Made by a program: the position numbers and the translations under genes | Part shown: positions 18,779-29,640 of the stretch, one piece after another | How the letters are laid out: every line of letters begins with the position of its first letter | Position numbering within the stretch: the first letter of the stretch is position 1 | NCBI GenBank assembly: GCA_965116885.1 | Contig: OZ220741.1 | Span: 1,152,001 to 1,216,000 of the forward strand | Reading direction: 5' to 3' | Length of the DNA stretch: 64,000 nt | DNA from: Candidatus Latescibacterota bacterium | Lineage (GTDB): Bacteria > Latescibacterota > UBA2968 | Notes under the pieces: generated by a model | Told to the model about the DNA's origin: nothing | The model's database searches: none | Seen by the model: only the letters and a program-made list of their open reading frames with translations

Positions 18779-20056
18779 TTACATCTCAATAATATCCTCC
18801 CGCCTCGGACCCACGGAAATCCACTTCACCGGAACCTCGAGCCATTCTTCGATATGTTTCACATAGCTCTGTGCATTTGCCGGCAGATCCGAGAACTCGC
18901 GCACCGATGAAATATCTGTTCGCCACCCCGGCAACTTTTCCAACACAGGCGTCGCACGGTCAAGCAGCGATGGAACCGGAAAAATCTCTGTCTTCTCCCC
19001 ATCGATCTCATAAGCTGTACAAACGGGAATCTCATCCAAATAACCCAACACATCGAGCAGCGACAACGCAACCGCCGTCGCCCCTTGCATGCGACATCCA
19101 TAGCGCGTAGCAACCGCATCGAACCAGCCCATCCTGCGGGGACGCCCCGTCGTCGCACCGTATTCCCCTGCATCGCCACCCCGCTCGCGAAGCTCCTCTG
19201 CCTCCTCGCCGAAAATCTCAGAAATAAAAGGACCTGCCCCCACGCAAGAAGAATACGCCTTCGCAACAGCGACAACCTGCGTAATCGAATGAGGCGGAAT
19301 ACCCGCCCCAATCGACGCAAAACCCGCCAACGTGGAAGAAGACGTCGGATAGGGATAAATACCGTGATCCGGATCGCGCAAAGCACCCAACTGCCCCTCC
19401 ACGAGAATCTTCTTATTCTCCTTCAACGCATTGTGAAGCAACAACGACGTATCGCAAACATAAGGCGCAATCTGCTCTCCGGCCGCCATCAAATCCGGCA
19501 CAACCTCCTCCAGAGACATCAGCGGCTTGTGATATAAATGCTCAAAAAGCACATTTTTCACCTCCAGAGCGCGCGCAACGCGATCGCGCAAGCGTCCCTC
19601 ATCGTACAAATCGGCAACCTGAACCCCCACCTTCAAATACTTATCCGAATAAAACGGCGCAATACCCGACTTGGTCGAACCGTACTTTCGATCCCCCAAC
19701 CGCTCCTCCTCGTACACATCCATCAGAAGATGATAGGGAAGCAACACCTGCGCGCGCTCGGATATACACAGATTCGGTTTCGGCACACCCCGGGCAATGA
19801 GATCATCTACCTCCTCTATAAAAGCCGGAATATTCAACGCGATCCCCGTACCGAGAATATTCGTCGTATGCGGATAAAACACCCCCGAAGGCAAAAGGTG
19901 AAGGGCAAATTTCCCATACTCATTAATAATCGTATGCCCGGCATTATTGCCACCCTGAAAGCGAATAACAAAATCGGAATCCCGAGCCAGAACATCCGTC
20001 ATCTTGCCCTTGCCTTCATCACCCCAATTTGCACCTACAATAGCTGAAACAGACAT
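18779..20056 (-). CDS. purA: Adenylosuccinate synthetase
   Basis: WGDEGKGK, QGGNNAGHT, EYGATTGRPRRMGWFD. Confidence 0.97.
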   Translation of the reverse strand: MSVSAIVGANWGDEGKGKMTDVLARDSDFVIRFQGGNNAGHTIINEYGKFALHLLPSGVFYPHTTNILGTGIALNIPAFIEEVDDLIARGVPKPNLCISERAQVLLPYHLLMDVYEEERLGDRKYGSTKSGIAPFYSDKYLKVGVQVADLYDEGRLRDRVARALEVKNVLFEHLYHKPLMSLEEVVPDLMAAGEQIAPYVCDTSLLLHNALKENKKILVEGQLGALRDPDHGIYPYPTSSSTLAGFASIGAGIPPHSITQVVAVAKAYSSCVGAGPFISEIFGEEAEELRERGGDAGEYGATTGRPRRMGWFDAVATRYGCRMQGATAVALSLLDVLGYLDEIPVCTAYEIDGEKTEIFPVPSLLDRATPVLEKLPGWRTDISSVREFSDLPANAQSYVKHIEEWLEVPVKWISVGPRREDIIEM

Positions 20057-20069
20057 TTTTTTTCCTTTT

Positions 20070-21656
20070 TTACAATTTCACCTGTTTAACCCAGTTCACA
20101 AACTCCTGAGACACAATATCGGCCAGCACCTCATCCTGCACCGGCGTATCAATATTAAAAACCATAATCGCATCGCCACCCTGGCTCCTGCGCCCCAGCG
20201 CCATATCGGAAATATTGATCCCATTTACCGCAAACAAATTGCCCATATGCCCCACCACACCAGGCACATCCCGATTGCCCAAAACAATCATATTCCCCTC
20301 GAGCTTTGCCTTCACCTCAATATCATCTATGCGAACCAACCGCAAATCTCGGCGCCCAAAAACCGTCGCCGAAATCGATGTCGTCTCTTCCGAAGTCTCG
20401 ACATCTATCGTAATCAAATTGCTATAATCCGCGTGACTGCTCTTGGACTCTTCAACCCGAATGCTGCGCGCCTTAGCCCATAAAGGCGCGTTGACCAGCG
20501 TCACCGGCTCCTCAGCCTGATATTCAAAAATACCTTTCAAAACCGCAGCCGTAAGCGGCGCCGTAGCGTATTCCTGAATCACACCCTGATAGCGATTAAT
20601 CACCCTGTGCAAATGCCCACCCATAAGTTGCGCGTGCAACGCCCCCACCTTTTCTGCCAGCGACAAATAGGGACTAATCGCATCGAGATACTCCGGATCA
20701 ATCGGTGGCAAATTGATACCACTTTGAACGGGCTTACCCTGCAGTGCATCGCGCAAATCCACGGCAATTTGCCGCGCCACATTTTCCTGTGCCTCGAATG
20801 TCGAAGCCCCCAGATGAGGCGTAGAAACCACCTCTGGCCTTTTAATTAACGGATGATCAACTGCAGGGGGTTCTTCACCAAACACATCCAATGCAGCTCC
20901 TGCGACCTTACCCGCCTTAATCGCCCTATCAAGAGCTTCCTCATCCACAAGCTCGCCCCGGGCACAATTGATAATACGCACCCCATCTTTGCACCTTGCA
21001 AGCGCCGATGCAGAAATGAGATGATGGGTCTGATCTGTAAACGCTGCGTGCAACGTAATATAATCCGCCCTGGCAAAAATCTCATCGTAAGAAGCCTGCT
21101 GTATATGCAACTGTCTCGCCAGATCATCCGACAAAAAAGGATCGGCACCCAACAACGTCATACCAAACGCATGCGCGCGTCGCGCCACCTGCTGGCCAAC
21201 GCGCCCCACGCCAATAATACCCAAAATTTTGCCGTATAATTCAACACCCGTATATCTGCCGCGCTCCCATTCGCCAGCTTTAAGCGACGCCGTCGCCTGG
21301 GGAATATTGCGCGATAGCGCCATCATCATAGCCATCGCGTATTCGGCGGCAGATATCGTATTGCCGCCCGGAGCATTCATCACCACAATCCCCCGCTCAG
21401 TCGCGGCTTCCACATCGATATTATCCACACCAGCGCCCGCTCGACCAATCGCACGAAGATTCACACCCGCCTCAACCATCCGTCGCGTAACCTCCGTTGC
21501 ACTGCGCACAATCAGCCCGGCATAATCGCCAATAATCTCGCACAACTCATCTTCAGACAACCCCGTATTCACATCGACTTTTATATCTGAAGAAGCAAAA
21601 ACATCCTGCCAGCCATCGGCCAGAGAATCGGCAATCAGAACCTTTTGCACTTTCAC
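20070..21656 (-). CDS. serA: D-3-phosphoglycerate dehydrogenase
   Basis: RAGAGVDNID, GVGRVG, NCARG, TPHLGAST, C-terminal ACT domain. Confidence 0.95.
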   Translation of the reverse strand: MKVQKVLIADSLADGWQDVFASSDIKVDVNTGLSEDELCEIIGDYAGLIVRSATEVTRRMVEAGVNLRAIGRAGAGVDNIDVEAATERGIVVMNAPGGNTISAAEYAMAMMMALSRNIPQATASLKAGEWERGRYTGVELYGKILGIIGVGRVGQQVARRAHAFGMTLLGADPFLSDDLARQLHIQQASYDEIFARADYITLHAAFTDQTHHLISASALARCKDGVRIINCARGELVDEEALDRAIKAGKVAGAALDVFGEEPPAVDHPLIKRPEVVSTPHLGASTFEAQENVARQIAVDLRDALQGKPVQSGINLPPIDPEYLDAISPYLSLAEKVGALHAQLMGGHLHRVINRYQGVIQEYATAPLTAAVLKGIFEYQAEEPVTLVNAPLWAKARSIRVEESKSSHADYSNLITIDVETSEETTSISATVFGRRDLRLVRIDDIEVKAKLEGNMIVLGNRDVPGVVGHMGNLFAVNGINISDMALGRRSQGGDAIMVFNIDTPVQDEVLADIVSQEFVNWVKQVKL

Positions 21657-22757
21657 TCAATGCCCCCTCGCATCCACTGCCCATGTCTCTACAAACATCC
21701 CATTTTCATCAATCACGCACACCTCATCCCACAAATTCACAGTCGTACACACATGGCGCGGCACCAGATAAAATTGATCGCCCACACGCGGCCGCGGTGT
21801 ACCCTCCGGCAGTTGCAACAATTGGTGTTCCTCATTGCGCCGCACAAACACAATATCATCTGGCAACCCCATCGCTCGAAAATGGGGCGCAGGCGTATCT
21901 GGCGCAACCGACTTACTGCCCGCATCCAGCGTAATCAGATGATCAGCAGTCGTACTGATCACACTGGACAAAACCAGCGCCGCCCATTCAAAGGGACCCT
22001 GCAACTTGTCACCATACCCCATATCCCAAAAAATCCACGTACCCGGCGAAACCTCATCCACCCCATCCACCCGTTGCGTATGCTCAAAGCCCGGCGACCC
22101 CGAAGCCACCATTTTTTTCATCTCAATCCCAGAACGTTCTATCAGACCTCGGGTCTCAACAGCCCGCTCAATCGACTCAATCGCTGTCTTCTGACGCATA
22201 TCCCCATCGAAATCACCCACATGCCCATCATACACATGCAAACCCGCAAAACACAACCCCGGCGACTGTGCAATCTGCTGCGCCAGAGCCAGCGAAGGCG
22301 CGCCGGGCAATGCCCCCGTGCGATTCATCCCCGTATTGACATCCACCATAACACCTATACGTACATCCGCCGATGTGCAAGCATCGGATAAAGCCTGAAT
22401 ATTATCCGCATCATCCGCAATAACTTTCAAGTCGGTATCGGGATATAACCGCTTCAAATCCACCACGCGCCCGATATTTGCCCCCACGATATGATAAGAA
22501 ATCAACACATCGGTCGCACCAATCGCAACGAGCATCGCCGCCTCTTTGGGCGTTGCACACTTAAATTTATCTATTCCCTCATCCATCTCCATACGCGCAA
22601 TCTGCGACATCTTATGCGTCTTGATATGCGGACGCAGACGCGCATACCCCCCCATCATATCTCCAATCGCGCGAATATTATGCGCCACCGCCTCCTTGTA
22701 AACCAACAGCGCAGGCGTGGGAATCTCCTCGACATTCTTTACCCGATAGTCAAGCAT
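21657..22757 (-). CDS. D-threonine aldolase/DSD1-like PLP enzyme (alanine racemase fold)
   Basis: TPALLV, LRPHIKTHK, GMNRTG, HVYDGH, EEH, PRHVC. Confidence 0.88.
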   Translation of the reverse strand: MLDYRVKNVEEIPTPALLVYKEAVAHNIRAIGDMMGGYARLRPHIKTHKMSQIARMEMDEGIDKFKCATPKEAAMLVAIGATDVLISYHIVGANIGRVVDLKRLYPDTDLKVIADDADNIQALSDACTSADVRIGVMVDVNTGMNRTGALPGAPSLALAQQIAQSPGLCFAGLHVYDGHVGDFDGDMRQKTAIESIERAVETRGLIERSGIEMKKMVASGSPGFEHTQRVDGVDEVSPGTWIFWDMGYGDKLQGPFEWAALVLSSVISTTADHLITLDAGSKSVAPDTPAPHFRAMGLPDDIVFVRRNEEHQLLQLPEGTPRPRVGDQFYLVPRHVCTTVNLWDEVCVIDENGMFVETWAVDARGH

Positions 22758-23337
22758 TCAGCACCTCTCCAATCCATCGCCAAACCGCGTCCTTGCCGCG
22801 ACCCGTCGTAGCGGAAAACGGCAACAGATCAATATCCCCGTGCAGAGCGAGCATGCGTCGCGTTTGATCCAACCGACTTTTGAGCTTATGACCCGACAGC
22901 TTATCGGCCTTGGTGGCAACCACCAAAAACGGCTTGTTGCCGTGTACCAGCCAATCGACCATCTGCAAATCATCCCGGCTCGGATCGTGCCTCGCATCAA
23001 TTAACTGAACAAAACCCCTGATTGAAGGCCGATCCCGCACATACCCCTCAATCAGCTTTCCCCACGCCTGACGCTCTTCCCAACTGCGCTTTGCATAGCC
23101 ATAACCGGGCAAATCGACAAAATAATACGCCTGGTTTACACGGTAAAAATTCAGCGTTCGCGTCTTCCCGGGCGTGCCACTGGTCTTCGCCAAATTTTTC
23201 CGATTGAACAGCCGATTGAGCAACGACGACTTGCCCACATTGGAACGTCCCGCAAATGCAATCTCAGCCATCCCATCGCGGGGCAACTGCCACAAAAAAC
23301 CAACACTCGTAACAAATTCGGCAGAATGGAATTGCAT
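22750..23337 (-). CDS. engB: Ribosome biogenesis GTPase YihA/YsxC
   Basis: GRSNVGKSS, DLPGYG, TKADK; directly downstream of clpX. Confidence 0.95.
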   Translation of the reverse strand: MQFHSAEFVTSVGFLWQLPRDGMAEIAFAGRSNVGKSSLLNRLFNRKNLAKTSGTPGKTRTLNFYRVNQAYYFVDLPGYGYAKRSWEERQAWGKLIEGYVRDRPSIRGFVQLIDARHDPSRDDLQMVDWLVHGNKPFLVVATKADKLSGHKLKSRLDQTRRMLALHGDIDLLPFSATTGRGKDAVWRWIGEVLNA

Positions 23338-23354
23338 GATTAGCTTTCACACAA

Positions 23355-23388
23355 ACGAAAACCGGGGTCCAATTCGGCCCCGGTTCCC
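23355..23388 (-). terminator. Hairpin/terminator after clpX
   Basis: Minus strand AACCGGGGCCGAATTGGACCCCGGTTTTCGTTT. Confidence 0.55.
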
Positions 23389-23412
23389 CATCTTTGGGAA
23401 ATATCTATCTCT

Positions 23413-24660
23413 TTAAGCGCGTTTTTGGGTCGATTCGAGAACTTCAATACGCGGCTTGTTGCGGTTTTGAACCATATCGCAGGTCACTGTGACCTCGGTC
23501 AGGTCCTCATTGGTGGGTATATCGTACATCAAATCCGTCATAACGACTTCGAGAACGGACCGCAACCCGCGCGCACCTGTACCCTTTTCCTGCGTAATGC
23601 GAACAACCTCGCGCAGCGCGTCATCCTCAAAAGTCAGCTCAACCCCATCGAGCTCAAATAACTTTTGATATTGCTTAGTAATCGCATTTTGCGGTTCCGT
23701 CAAAATCTGCAACAGTGCAGCCTCGTCCAGATTGCCCAACGCACACATTACGGGCATTCGCCCAACCAGTTCTGGAATCAAACCGTACTTTATCAAATCT
23801 TCCGGCTCGGCATGCTGGAAAATCTCACCGGTATTTTGCTCTTCCAAATCGTTCGAATCGGACCCAAAACCAATGGTCTTCTTGCCGATACGGGTGCTAA
23901 TAACGCTTTCCAAACCGTCAAATGCACCGCCACAGATAAACAGAATATTTTTTGTATTGAGCTGAATCAGGGGTTGCTCGGGATGCTTGCGCCCCCCCTT
24001 GGGTGGAATACTCGCCACCGTACCTTCCAGAATTTTCAACAAAGCCTGCTGAACACCTTCCCCAGACACATCGCGCGTAATAGACGGATTGGCCGACTTT
24101 CGAGAAATTTTATCGACCTCGTCCAAATACAAAATACCCATCTCTGCCTGCGCCACGTCGTAATCCGCCGCCTGAAGCAGACGCACCAGGATATTCTCAA
24201 CATCTTCGCCAACATATCCCGCTTCGGTCAAAATAGTGGCATCTGCAATTGAAAATGGAACCTGTAAAATGCGCGCCAGTGTTTGCGCCAAAAGCGTCTT
24301 GCCAGTACCCGTAGGCCCCATAAGCAAAATATTGCTCTTATCGAGTTCGACATCATCCGCAGACTGATTGGACCGAATGCGCTTGTAGTGATTATACACC
24401 GCAACCGAAAGAACGCGCTTGGCGCGCTCTTGACCAATCACATAATCGTCGAGACGGGCCTTAATCTCCTGCGGCTTGGGCAACCCTTTGTGAAGCGTCA
24501 CGGGCTTTTTGAGATCGTCCTCTCGCAAAACCTCATTGCACAGCTTGATACACTCACTGCAAATATTCACGCTCGGGCCAGTGACGATCTTATCGACCTG
24601 ATCGGCACTCTTACCACAAAAAGAACAGCGAATTTCTGTTCTGGAAGTCCGTCGTTTCAT
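23413..24660 (-). CDS. clpX: ATP-dependent Clp protease ATP-binding subunit ClpX
   Basis: CSFC/CSEC zinc finger, [26 protein letters not shown] loop; start set to ATG 24660. Confidence 0.97.
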   Translation of the reverse strand: MKRRTSRTEIRCSFCGKSADQVDKIVTGPSVNICSECIKLCNEVLREDDLKKPVTLHKGLPKPQEIKARLDDYVIGQERAKRVLSVAVYNHYKRIRSNQSADDVELDKSNILLMGPTGTGKTLLAQTLARILQVPFSIADATILTEAGYVGEDVENILVRLLQAADYDVAQAEMGILYLDEVDKISRKSANPSITRDVSGEGVQQALLKILEGTVASIPPKGGRKHPEQPLIQLNTKNILFICGGAFDGLESVISTRIGKKTIGFGSDSNDLEEQNTGEIFQHAEPEDLIKYGLIPELVGRMPVMCALGNLDEAALLQILTEPQNAITKQYQKLFELDGVELTFEDDALREVVRITQEKGTGARGLRSVLEVVMTDLMYDIPTNEDLTEVTVTCDMVQNRNKPRIEVLESTQKRA

Positions 24661-24673
24661 AACGCCCCACTCC

Positions 24674-25291
24674 TCATAACAAGGCTTCGTCGATATCGGG
24701 GTTAGAATTTTGATCGGGAATGAGCACTTCGTCAATCAAGCCATAATCCTTTGCCTCATCAGCCGACATAAAGAAATCGCGGTCCGCATCCCTTTCTATG
24801 CGCTCAATACCCTGACCTGTACATTCGGATAAAATGGCGTTCAAACGGTCGCGATATTGCAAAATCTCTTCGGCATGTCGCTCGATATCCGAAGCCTGAC
24901 CGCCTGCGCCACCAATGGGTTGATGCAGCAAAATGCGAGAATTTGGCAATGCGCGGCGCTGCCCCTTTGTACCCCCTGCAAGAAGCACCGCGCCCAGCGA
25001 AAAAGCCTGACCTACACAAACCGTTTCAACATCGTTGGGCACGTATTGCATCGTATCGTAAATCGCCAAACCCGCCGTAATACTACCGCCGGGAGAATTG
25101 ATATACAGCCGAATAGGCTTCTCGGGTGTTTCAGACGTGCAAAACAACATCTGAGCAATCACCAGATTGGCAATCGTATCGTTAATCGGCGTACCAATAA
25201 AAATAATATTATCGCGCAACAGCCGCGAAAAAATGTCATAAGCGCGCTCGCCACGCCCTGTTTGTTCAAGAACTGTAGGAACCAGAGCCAC
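24674..25291 (-). CDS. clpP: ATP-dependent Clp protease proteolytic subunit
   Basis: [27 protein letters not shown] (Ser), LHQP (His), DRD (Asp). Confidence 0.97.
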   Translation of the reverse strand: MALVPTVLEQTGRGERAYDIFSRLLRDNIIFIGTPINDTIANLVIAQMLFCTSETPEKPIRLYINSPGGSITAGLAIYDTMQYVPNDVETVCVGQAFSLGAVLLAGGTKGQRRALPNSRILLHQPIGGAGGQASDIERHAEEILQYRDRLNAILSECTGQGIERIERDADRDFFMSADEAKDYGLIDEVLIPDQNSNPDIDEALL

Positions 25292-25324
25292 ATTAAACTC
25301 CGTTTTATTGTTTAAATGAAAAAA

Positions 25325-26662
25325 CTATTCGCCTTCAATTTCCTCAACATCTTCGACATCTGCGTTATCGATGAGAAAATCAAACGTCTTCTGCGTTTTA
25401 ATCTCCGACTCAATCTGATCGAGTTGTTCGGTTCGGCTCAAAATCTGACGCAGACGCGGCCCCTCAATATTGTGTCGTTGCGACATCTCTTCGAGATGCT
25501 TGTCCAGATCGTCATCCGTCACCTCAATATCTTCCTGATCGGCAACAGCATCCAGCAACAAAAAGCGTTTAACACCGCGCTCGGCTTGATCGCGCCCTTC
25601 CTCGCGAAGCGCATCTTCGTCAATCCCGTGATCGTGACCCGCGTGCTCTTGCTTGTACGACTCAATCATACCATCGAGATAGTTTTCGACCATGCTATCG
25701 GGAACCTCAAAAGGATTACCTTCAATCAGCGCATCCATCAAATTTTCCTCAACGCGCTGGCGAATCATTTGATCGTACTGCGCCTGCATCTCATTGCGAA
25801 TCTGCGTCTTGAGTTCGTCCAACGTCTCCACGCCGCCGACATCCTGAGCCAACTCGTCATCCAACTCGGGCAACTCGCGCTCGCGTATTTCTTTCGCCAT
25901 CACGCGAAACATCACAGTCTCTTCTTTCGGTCCTTCGTCTTGATCCTCATGCTCATCGTGGTCGTGATCGCAATCCTCGTGATCGTGCTCATCCTGAACG
26001 GGCCGCGTAATTTTAATCTCACGGGACTCACCAGCCGAAATGCCCATCAATTGCTCTGCCAAATCAGTCGGCTTATCGTCTTCCGTCTTAAACAGCCGAA
26101 TCGATTGATCTTCTGACCTGTGATCGGCCACGGGACTGCCGCCCTCATCGAGCTCTTCGACATCGGCAAAAACCACATCGTCGAGATCGGCAGCGCGCTC
26201 CACGACCTGCTCGGTCGCACTCTCCTCTTGCATATACCGCAGCCGACTGTCAACATGCTCGTCTTCAACCGCAAACACGGGGCGCGTCACCTTTAGCCCC
26301 TTATAGGTCTCCACGGTTATCTCTGGACGGACATCGACAGAAGCTTTGAACACCAGAGGCTGTCCCTCTTCAAAATTGATATCGTCAATACTCGCCTGAG
26401 AAACGGGTTGAATCCCTTCGGCCTCGCTCGCCTCCCGGTAAAATTCCTCGACCATCTCCTGGACAACCTCGCCCTGGATAGCCGGCCCAAATTGCCGTTT
26501 AATAACACTCAGGGGAATTTTACCCTTGCGAAAACCCGGCAAATTAAGGGTCTTGCTATATTTCCTGTAAGCATCATTGAGACGCTTATCCACATCTGCC
26601 GCCGGGGCTTCAATCTCCAATGTTCTACGCCACGTCCCCGACTCGGTCACCTGCACATTCAT
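25325..26662 (-). CDS. tig: Trigger factor
   Basis: PGFRKGKIP ribosome-binding motif, LPELDDE; tig-clpP-clpX synteny. Confidence 0.95.
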   Translation of the reverse strand: MNVQVTESGTWRRTLEIEAPAADVDKRLNDAYRKYSKTLNLPGFRKGKIPLSVIKRQFGPAIQGEVVQEMVEEFYREASEAEGIQPVSQASIDDINFEEGQPLVFKASVDVRPEITVETYKGLKVTRPVFAVEDEHVDSRLRYMQEESATEQVVERAADLDDVVFADVEELDEGGSPVADHRSEDQSIRLFKTEDDKPTDLAEQLMGISAGESREIKITRPVQDEHDHEDCDHDHDEHEDQDEGPKEETVMFRVMAKEIRERELPELDDELAQDVGGVETLDELKTQIRNEMQAQYDQMIRQRVEENLMDALIEGNPFEVPDSMVENYLDGMIESYKQEHAGHDHGIDEDALREEGRDQAERGVKRFLLLDAVADQEDIEVTDDDLDKHLEEMSQRHNIEGPRLRQILSRTEQLDQIESEIKTQKTFDFLIDNADVEDVEEIEGE

Positions 26663-26761
26663 CGCGTTGGATAATCCTTTCTTTATAATACTTCACTAAC
26701 TAACTGGCCCAACGTGCAATAATAAACAAATGAAATCGCTTTGTCAATTATTAGCGGTCAG

Positions 26762-26854
26762 CGGGCGACCACAGGGGGTCGCAGGACAACCACAGGGGGT
26801 TGTCCCTACAACAAACCACAATGTCATCGTAGGGGACGGCCCCTGTGCCGTCCC
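26762..26854. repeat. GTAG-type REP cluster (BIME-like, family 1)
   Basis: GGGCGACCACAGGGGGTCGC / GGACAACCACAGGGGGTTGTCCCTAC ... GTAGGGGACGGCCCCTGTGCCGTCCC. Confidence 0.85.
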
Positions 26855-26858
26855 AGCC

Positions 26859-27581
26859 TCACCCATACCCCAACACCTTCAAATACGCCTTCACCGTATT
26901 CTCCAACCCCATAAAAACAGTATCTGCGATCAGCGCGTGACCAATAGACACCTCGAGAATCCCGGGAATCGTCACAAACTCACCCAAATTATCGAGATTG
27001 AGATCGTGCCCTGCATTAACCCCCAGCCCCGCATCTTGTGCCGCGCGAGCCGAATCCGCGTACTGCCGAAAAACAGGTCCCACATCGCCCCCGTCACAAG
27101 CAGAAGCGTAAGATTCCGTATAAAGCTCAACGCGATCCGCACCCAGAGCCTTTGCCAGAGCCATATCTTCCGGCACCGGATCCATAAACAGAGAAACCCG
27201 AATCCCCAGACCTTTCAACTCCGCAATAATCGGCACAAGCCGCTCGCCATCCCGCCTTAAATCCCAACCGTGATCGGACGTACTCTGATCGGGTTCATCC
27301 GGCACCAGCGTACACTGATCTGGCACCACATCCCGCACCATATCCATAAAATCGGGAAAGGGATTGCCCTCAATATTGTACTCCACCCCCGAAATCATTT
27401 CTTTCAGTTCATAAACATCCGTCCTGCGAATATGCCGCTCATCGGGCCGGGGATGCACCGTAATCCCATGTGCCCCCGCATCAATACACACCTGCGCCGC
27501 CCTTGTCACACTGGGAAAAGTAAGCGGCCTGCTATTCCGCAACAGTGCCACCCGATTCAAATTCACACTGAGTTTCGTCAT
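26859..27581 (-). CDS. pdxJ: Pyridoxine 5'-phosphate synthase
   Basis: LSVNLN..ALLRN.R, ITVHPRPD.RH, NIEG, NAGHDL, SIGHALI. Confidence 0.96.
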   Translation of the reverse strand: MTKLSVNLNRVALLRNSRPLTFPSVTRAAQVCIDAGAHGITVHPRPDERHIRRTDVYELKEMISGVEYNIEGNPFPDFMDMVRDVVPDQCTLVPDEPDQSTSDHGWDLRRDGERLVPIIAELKGLGIRVSLFMDPVPEDMALAKALGADRVELYTESYASACDGGDVGPVFRQYADSARAAQDAGLGVNAGHDLNLDNLGEFVTIPGILEVSIGHALIADTVFMGLENTVKAYLKVLGYG

Positions 27582-27599
27582 TGTAATTCCTATAAAAAA

Positions 27600-27667
27600 C
27601 GTGAAACGTGAGACGAAAGACGTGAGAGGGGTAGGGTCGTCTCACCTCTTGCCTCTTACCTCTCACC
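27600..27667. repeat. Short heptamer tandem repeats in inverted arrangement
   Basis: GTGAAAC GTGAGAC GAAAGAC GTGAGAG ... GTCTCAC CTCTTGC CTCTTAC CTCTCAC. Confidence 0.6.
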
Positions 27668-27671
27668 GCCT

Positions 27672-28253
27672 TTAAGGTGCCAGCAAAGCGCGCTTCCACG
27701 CGCCATCACCTTGCCGAACATACAAAAACCGATCATGCAACCGATCATCCCTATTCACCCAAAATTCAAACTGATCGGGAACCACCCGATAGCCCCCCCA
27801 AAACTCCGGCAGCGGCACATCCTCTCCCGGATATTTCCGTTCCAACTCTGCCACGCGACCTTCCAAAAACGCCCGGTCGGGAATAGTCTCGCTTTGAGGT
27901 GAGGCCCAGGCACTCAAACGACTACCTCGGGGACGCGAATCAAAATACGCCCTGGACACCGCGTCCGAAACAGCCTCAACCCGTCCCTCAATACGCACCT
28001 GCCTGACCAGCGACTTCCAGTGAAACAGCAAAGCGGCTCTGGGATTCTCCGCCAACTCATCGGCCTTGCGACTCTCCAGATTTGTAAAAAACACAAATCC
28101 ATCCCGATCGCACTGCTTCACCAGCACCATACGCACCGAAGGCTTTCCATCGCGCGTCGCCGTAGCCAGAGCCACGGCCTCCGGCAGCGTCAACTCCGAA
28201 GCTCTCGCCTCTTCAAACCACACATCAAACTGAACAAAAGGATCTGGATTCAT
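27672..28253 (-). CDS. pdxH: Pyridoxamine 5'-phosphate oxidase
   Basis: RMVLVK, FFTN.ESRK, RQVRIEG, YF.SRP.GS, WGGY, EFW...RLHDR. Confidence 0.96.
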   Translation of the reverse strand: MNPDPFVQFDVWFEEARASELTLPEAVALATATRDGKPSVRMVLVKQCDRDGFVFFTNLESRKADELAENPRAALLFHWKSLVRQVRIEGRVEAVSDAVSRAYFDSRPRGSRLSAWASPQSETIPDRAFLEGRVAELERKYPGEDVPLPEFWGGYRVVPDQFEFWVNRDDRLHDRFLYVRQGDGAWKRALLAP

Positions 28254-28272
28254 ATCTGCCTTTATTGGTCAA

Positions 28273-28338
28273 CGGGCGACCACAGGGGGTCGCAGGACAA
28301 CCACAATATCATGTAGGGGACGGCCCCTGTGCCGTCCC
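28273..28338. repeat. GTAG-type REP cluster (family 1), overlapping 3' end of GNAT gene
   Basis: Near-identical to 26762-26854. Confidence 0.85.
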
Positions 28339-28860
28339 AGCGGTCAACACAGCCCCTCGCTTCTTTAATGATTTAATCAAATAAACGCGCGTCTCTCGCC
28401 AGTTACTCTGCCCGCCATTGGCATCAGTATAAACACCCCGTGCCAAATACGGTTCCCATCCCGCATCTCTGTACCCGCGGCGCGCGTACAAATTCAGCGC
28501 CGGATGATTCTTCACGTAAACGCACAGACCAATATTCTCATAGCCCCGCTGAAAAGTAATCCGCTCACACACATCTAACAACCGCGACGCAATACCCATC
28601 CGCCGATAATCTGGATGCACAAAAAGCGACGACGCCTCGGGCCATGGTCGCACTTGCGGCGGCACGCCAGCGGCATCGCCACCTTCCCAATTGAGCAACA
28701 CCTGAGCCACTGGCAAATTGCCCCGCCATGCCACGAAAAAAATGAGCCTGCCGGATTCCTGTAGCATAAACCGCCGCCGCTGCGTTTCTTTACGACCAAA
28801 CGGCAAATACCGAAGCCGAACCACCTCAGACGATTTAAGAGACCGAATATCAATTTCCAT
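28309..28860 (-). CDS. GNAT family acetyltransferase
   Basis: LFVHPDYRRMGIA (motif A), N.PALNLY.R.GY. Confidence 0.85.
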   Translation of the reverse strand: MEIDIRSLKSSEVVRLRYLPFGRKETQRRRFMLQESGRLIFFVAWRGNLPVAQVLLNWEGGDAAGVPPQVRPWPEASSLFVHPDYRRMGIASRLLDVCERITFQRGYENIGLCVYVKNHPALNLYARRGYRDAGWEPYLARGVYTDANGGQSNWRETRVYLIKSLKKRGAVLTAGTAQGPSPT

Positions 28861-28968
28861 AAAAGTAAATTATACCGAACACCGCCCCAATACGCAAGAC
28901 ACTGCGACGTACAATTTTCGCCCGCTCAGTCTAAGTCATATATGCCAACACGTAACCGGAGCACTTTC

Positions 28969-29532
28969 ATGAACCATCTCATCTTAATCAAACACGCGAT
29001 GCCTCAAATCGACGAAACAAAATCCGCCCCAGACTGGCACCTATCGGACAGCGGACGCGCAAGTTGCATCCCTCTCGCCGAAGCGTTGCGCCCCTATAAA
29101 CCAGACCTCCTCATCACAAGCGAAGAACCCAAAGCACGAGAAACGGGTCAACTCGTCGCCGAACACCTCCAAATCCCCTATACATCAGCACCCAATTTTC
29201 ACGAACACGACCGCAAAGGCGTCCCCTTTATCCCCCCAGAAACATGGCACACCACCGTAAAAACCTTCTTTGCACATCCCAACGACCTGATCTTTGGCAA
29301 TGAAACGGCACATCAGGCCCGCACGCGATTCACCCGAGCTGTTGAAAAAGCAGTAAAAACACATCCGCACAACACCATAGCCATCGCCACCCACGGCACC
29401 GTCATCTCTTTATTCGCGGCTCAAAAAACCCAAACAAATGGCTTCGACCTCTGGCAACAACTAAACCTCCCATCTTATGTGGTATTCGACCTGCCGGATT
29501 ACAACTTGAACACCATTGTAACACAAATATAA
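28969..29532 (+). CDS. Histidine phosphatase (phosphoglycerate mutase-like) family protein
   Basis: LILIKHA, S.E.KA.ET, GNET, ATHG. Confidence 0.85.
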   Translation: MNHLILIKHAMPQIDETKSAPDWHLSDSGRASCIPLAEALRPYKPDLLITSEEPKARETGQLVAEHLQIPYTSAPNFHEHDRKGVPFIPPETWHTTVKTFFAHPNDLIFGNETAHQARTRFTRAVEKAVKTHPHNTIAIATHGTVISLFAAQKTQTNGFDLWQQLNLPSYVVFDLPDYNLNTIVTQI

Positions 29533-29640
29533 AGATGTCGCAGTCTAAAACCGGACTCCCCCGTATTTGGCTTGTTTTTTCTCTCTTTTACATTAAGTGA
29601 TTTGCCATCGGTGTAACCACAAAAGGTCCGGAGAATTTTT

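Noticed and set aside
24674..25291. Inactive ClpP because of GQAFSLG variant
   Set aside because: Catalytic Ser, His and Asp are all present.
26730..27260. 176-aa ORF with repeated PQGV peptides
   Set aside because: Translation of REP repeats, and antisense to pdxJ.
26762..28338. REP clusters as a CRISPR array
   Set aside because: No regular repeat-spacer periodicity and no cas genes.
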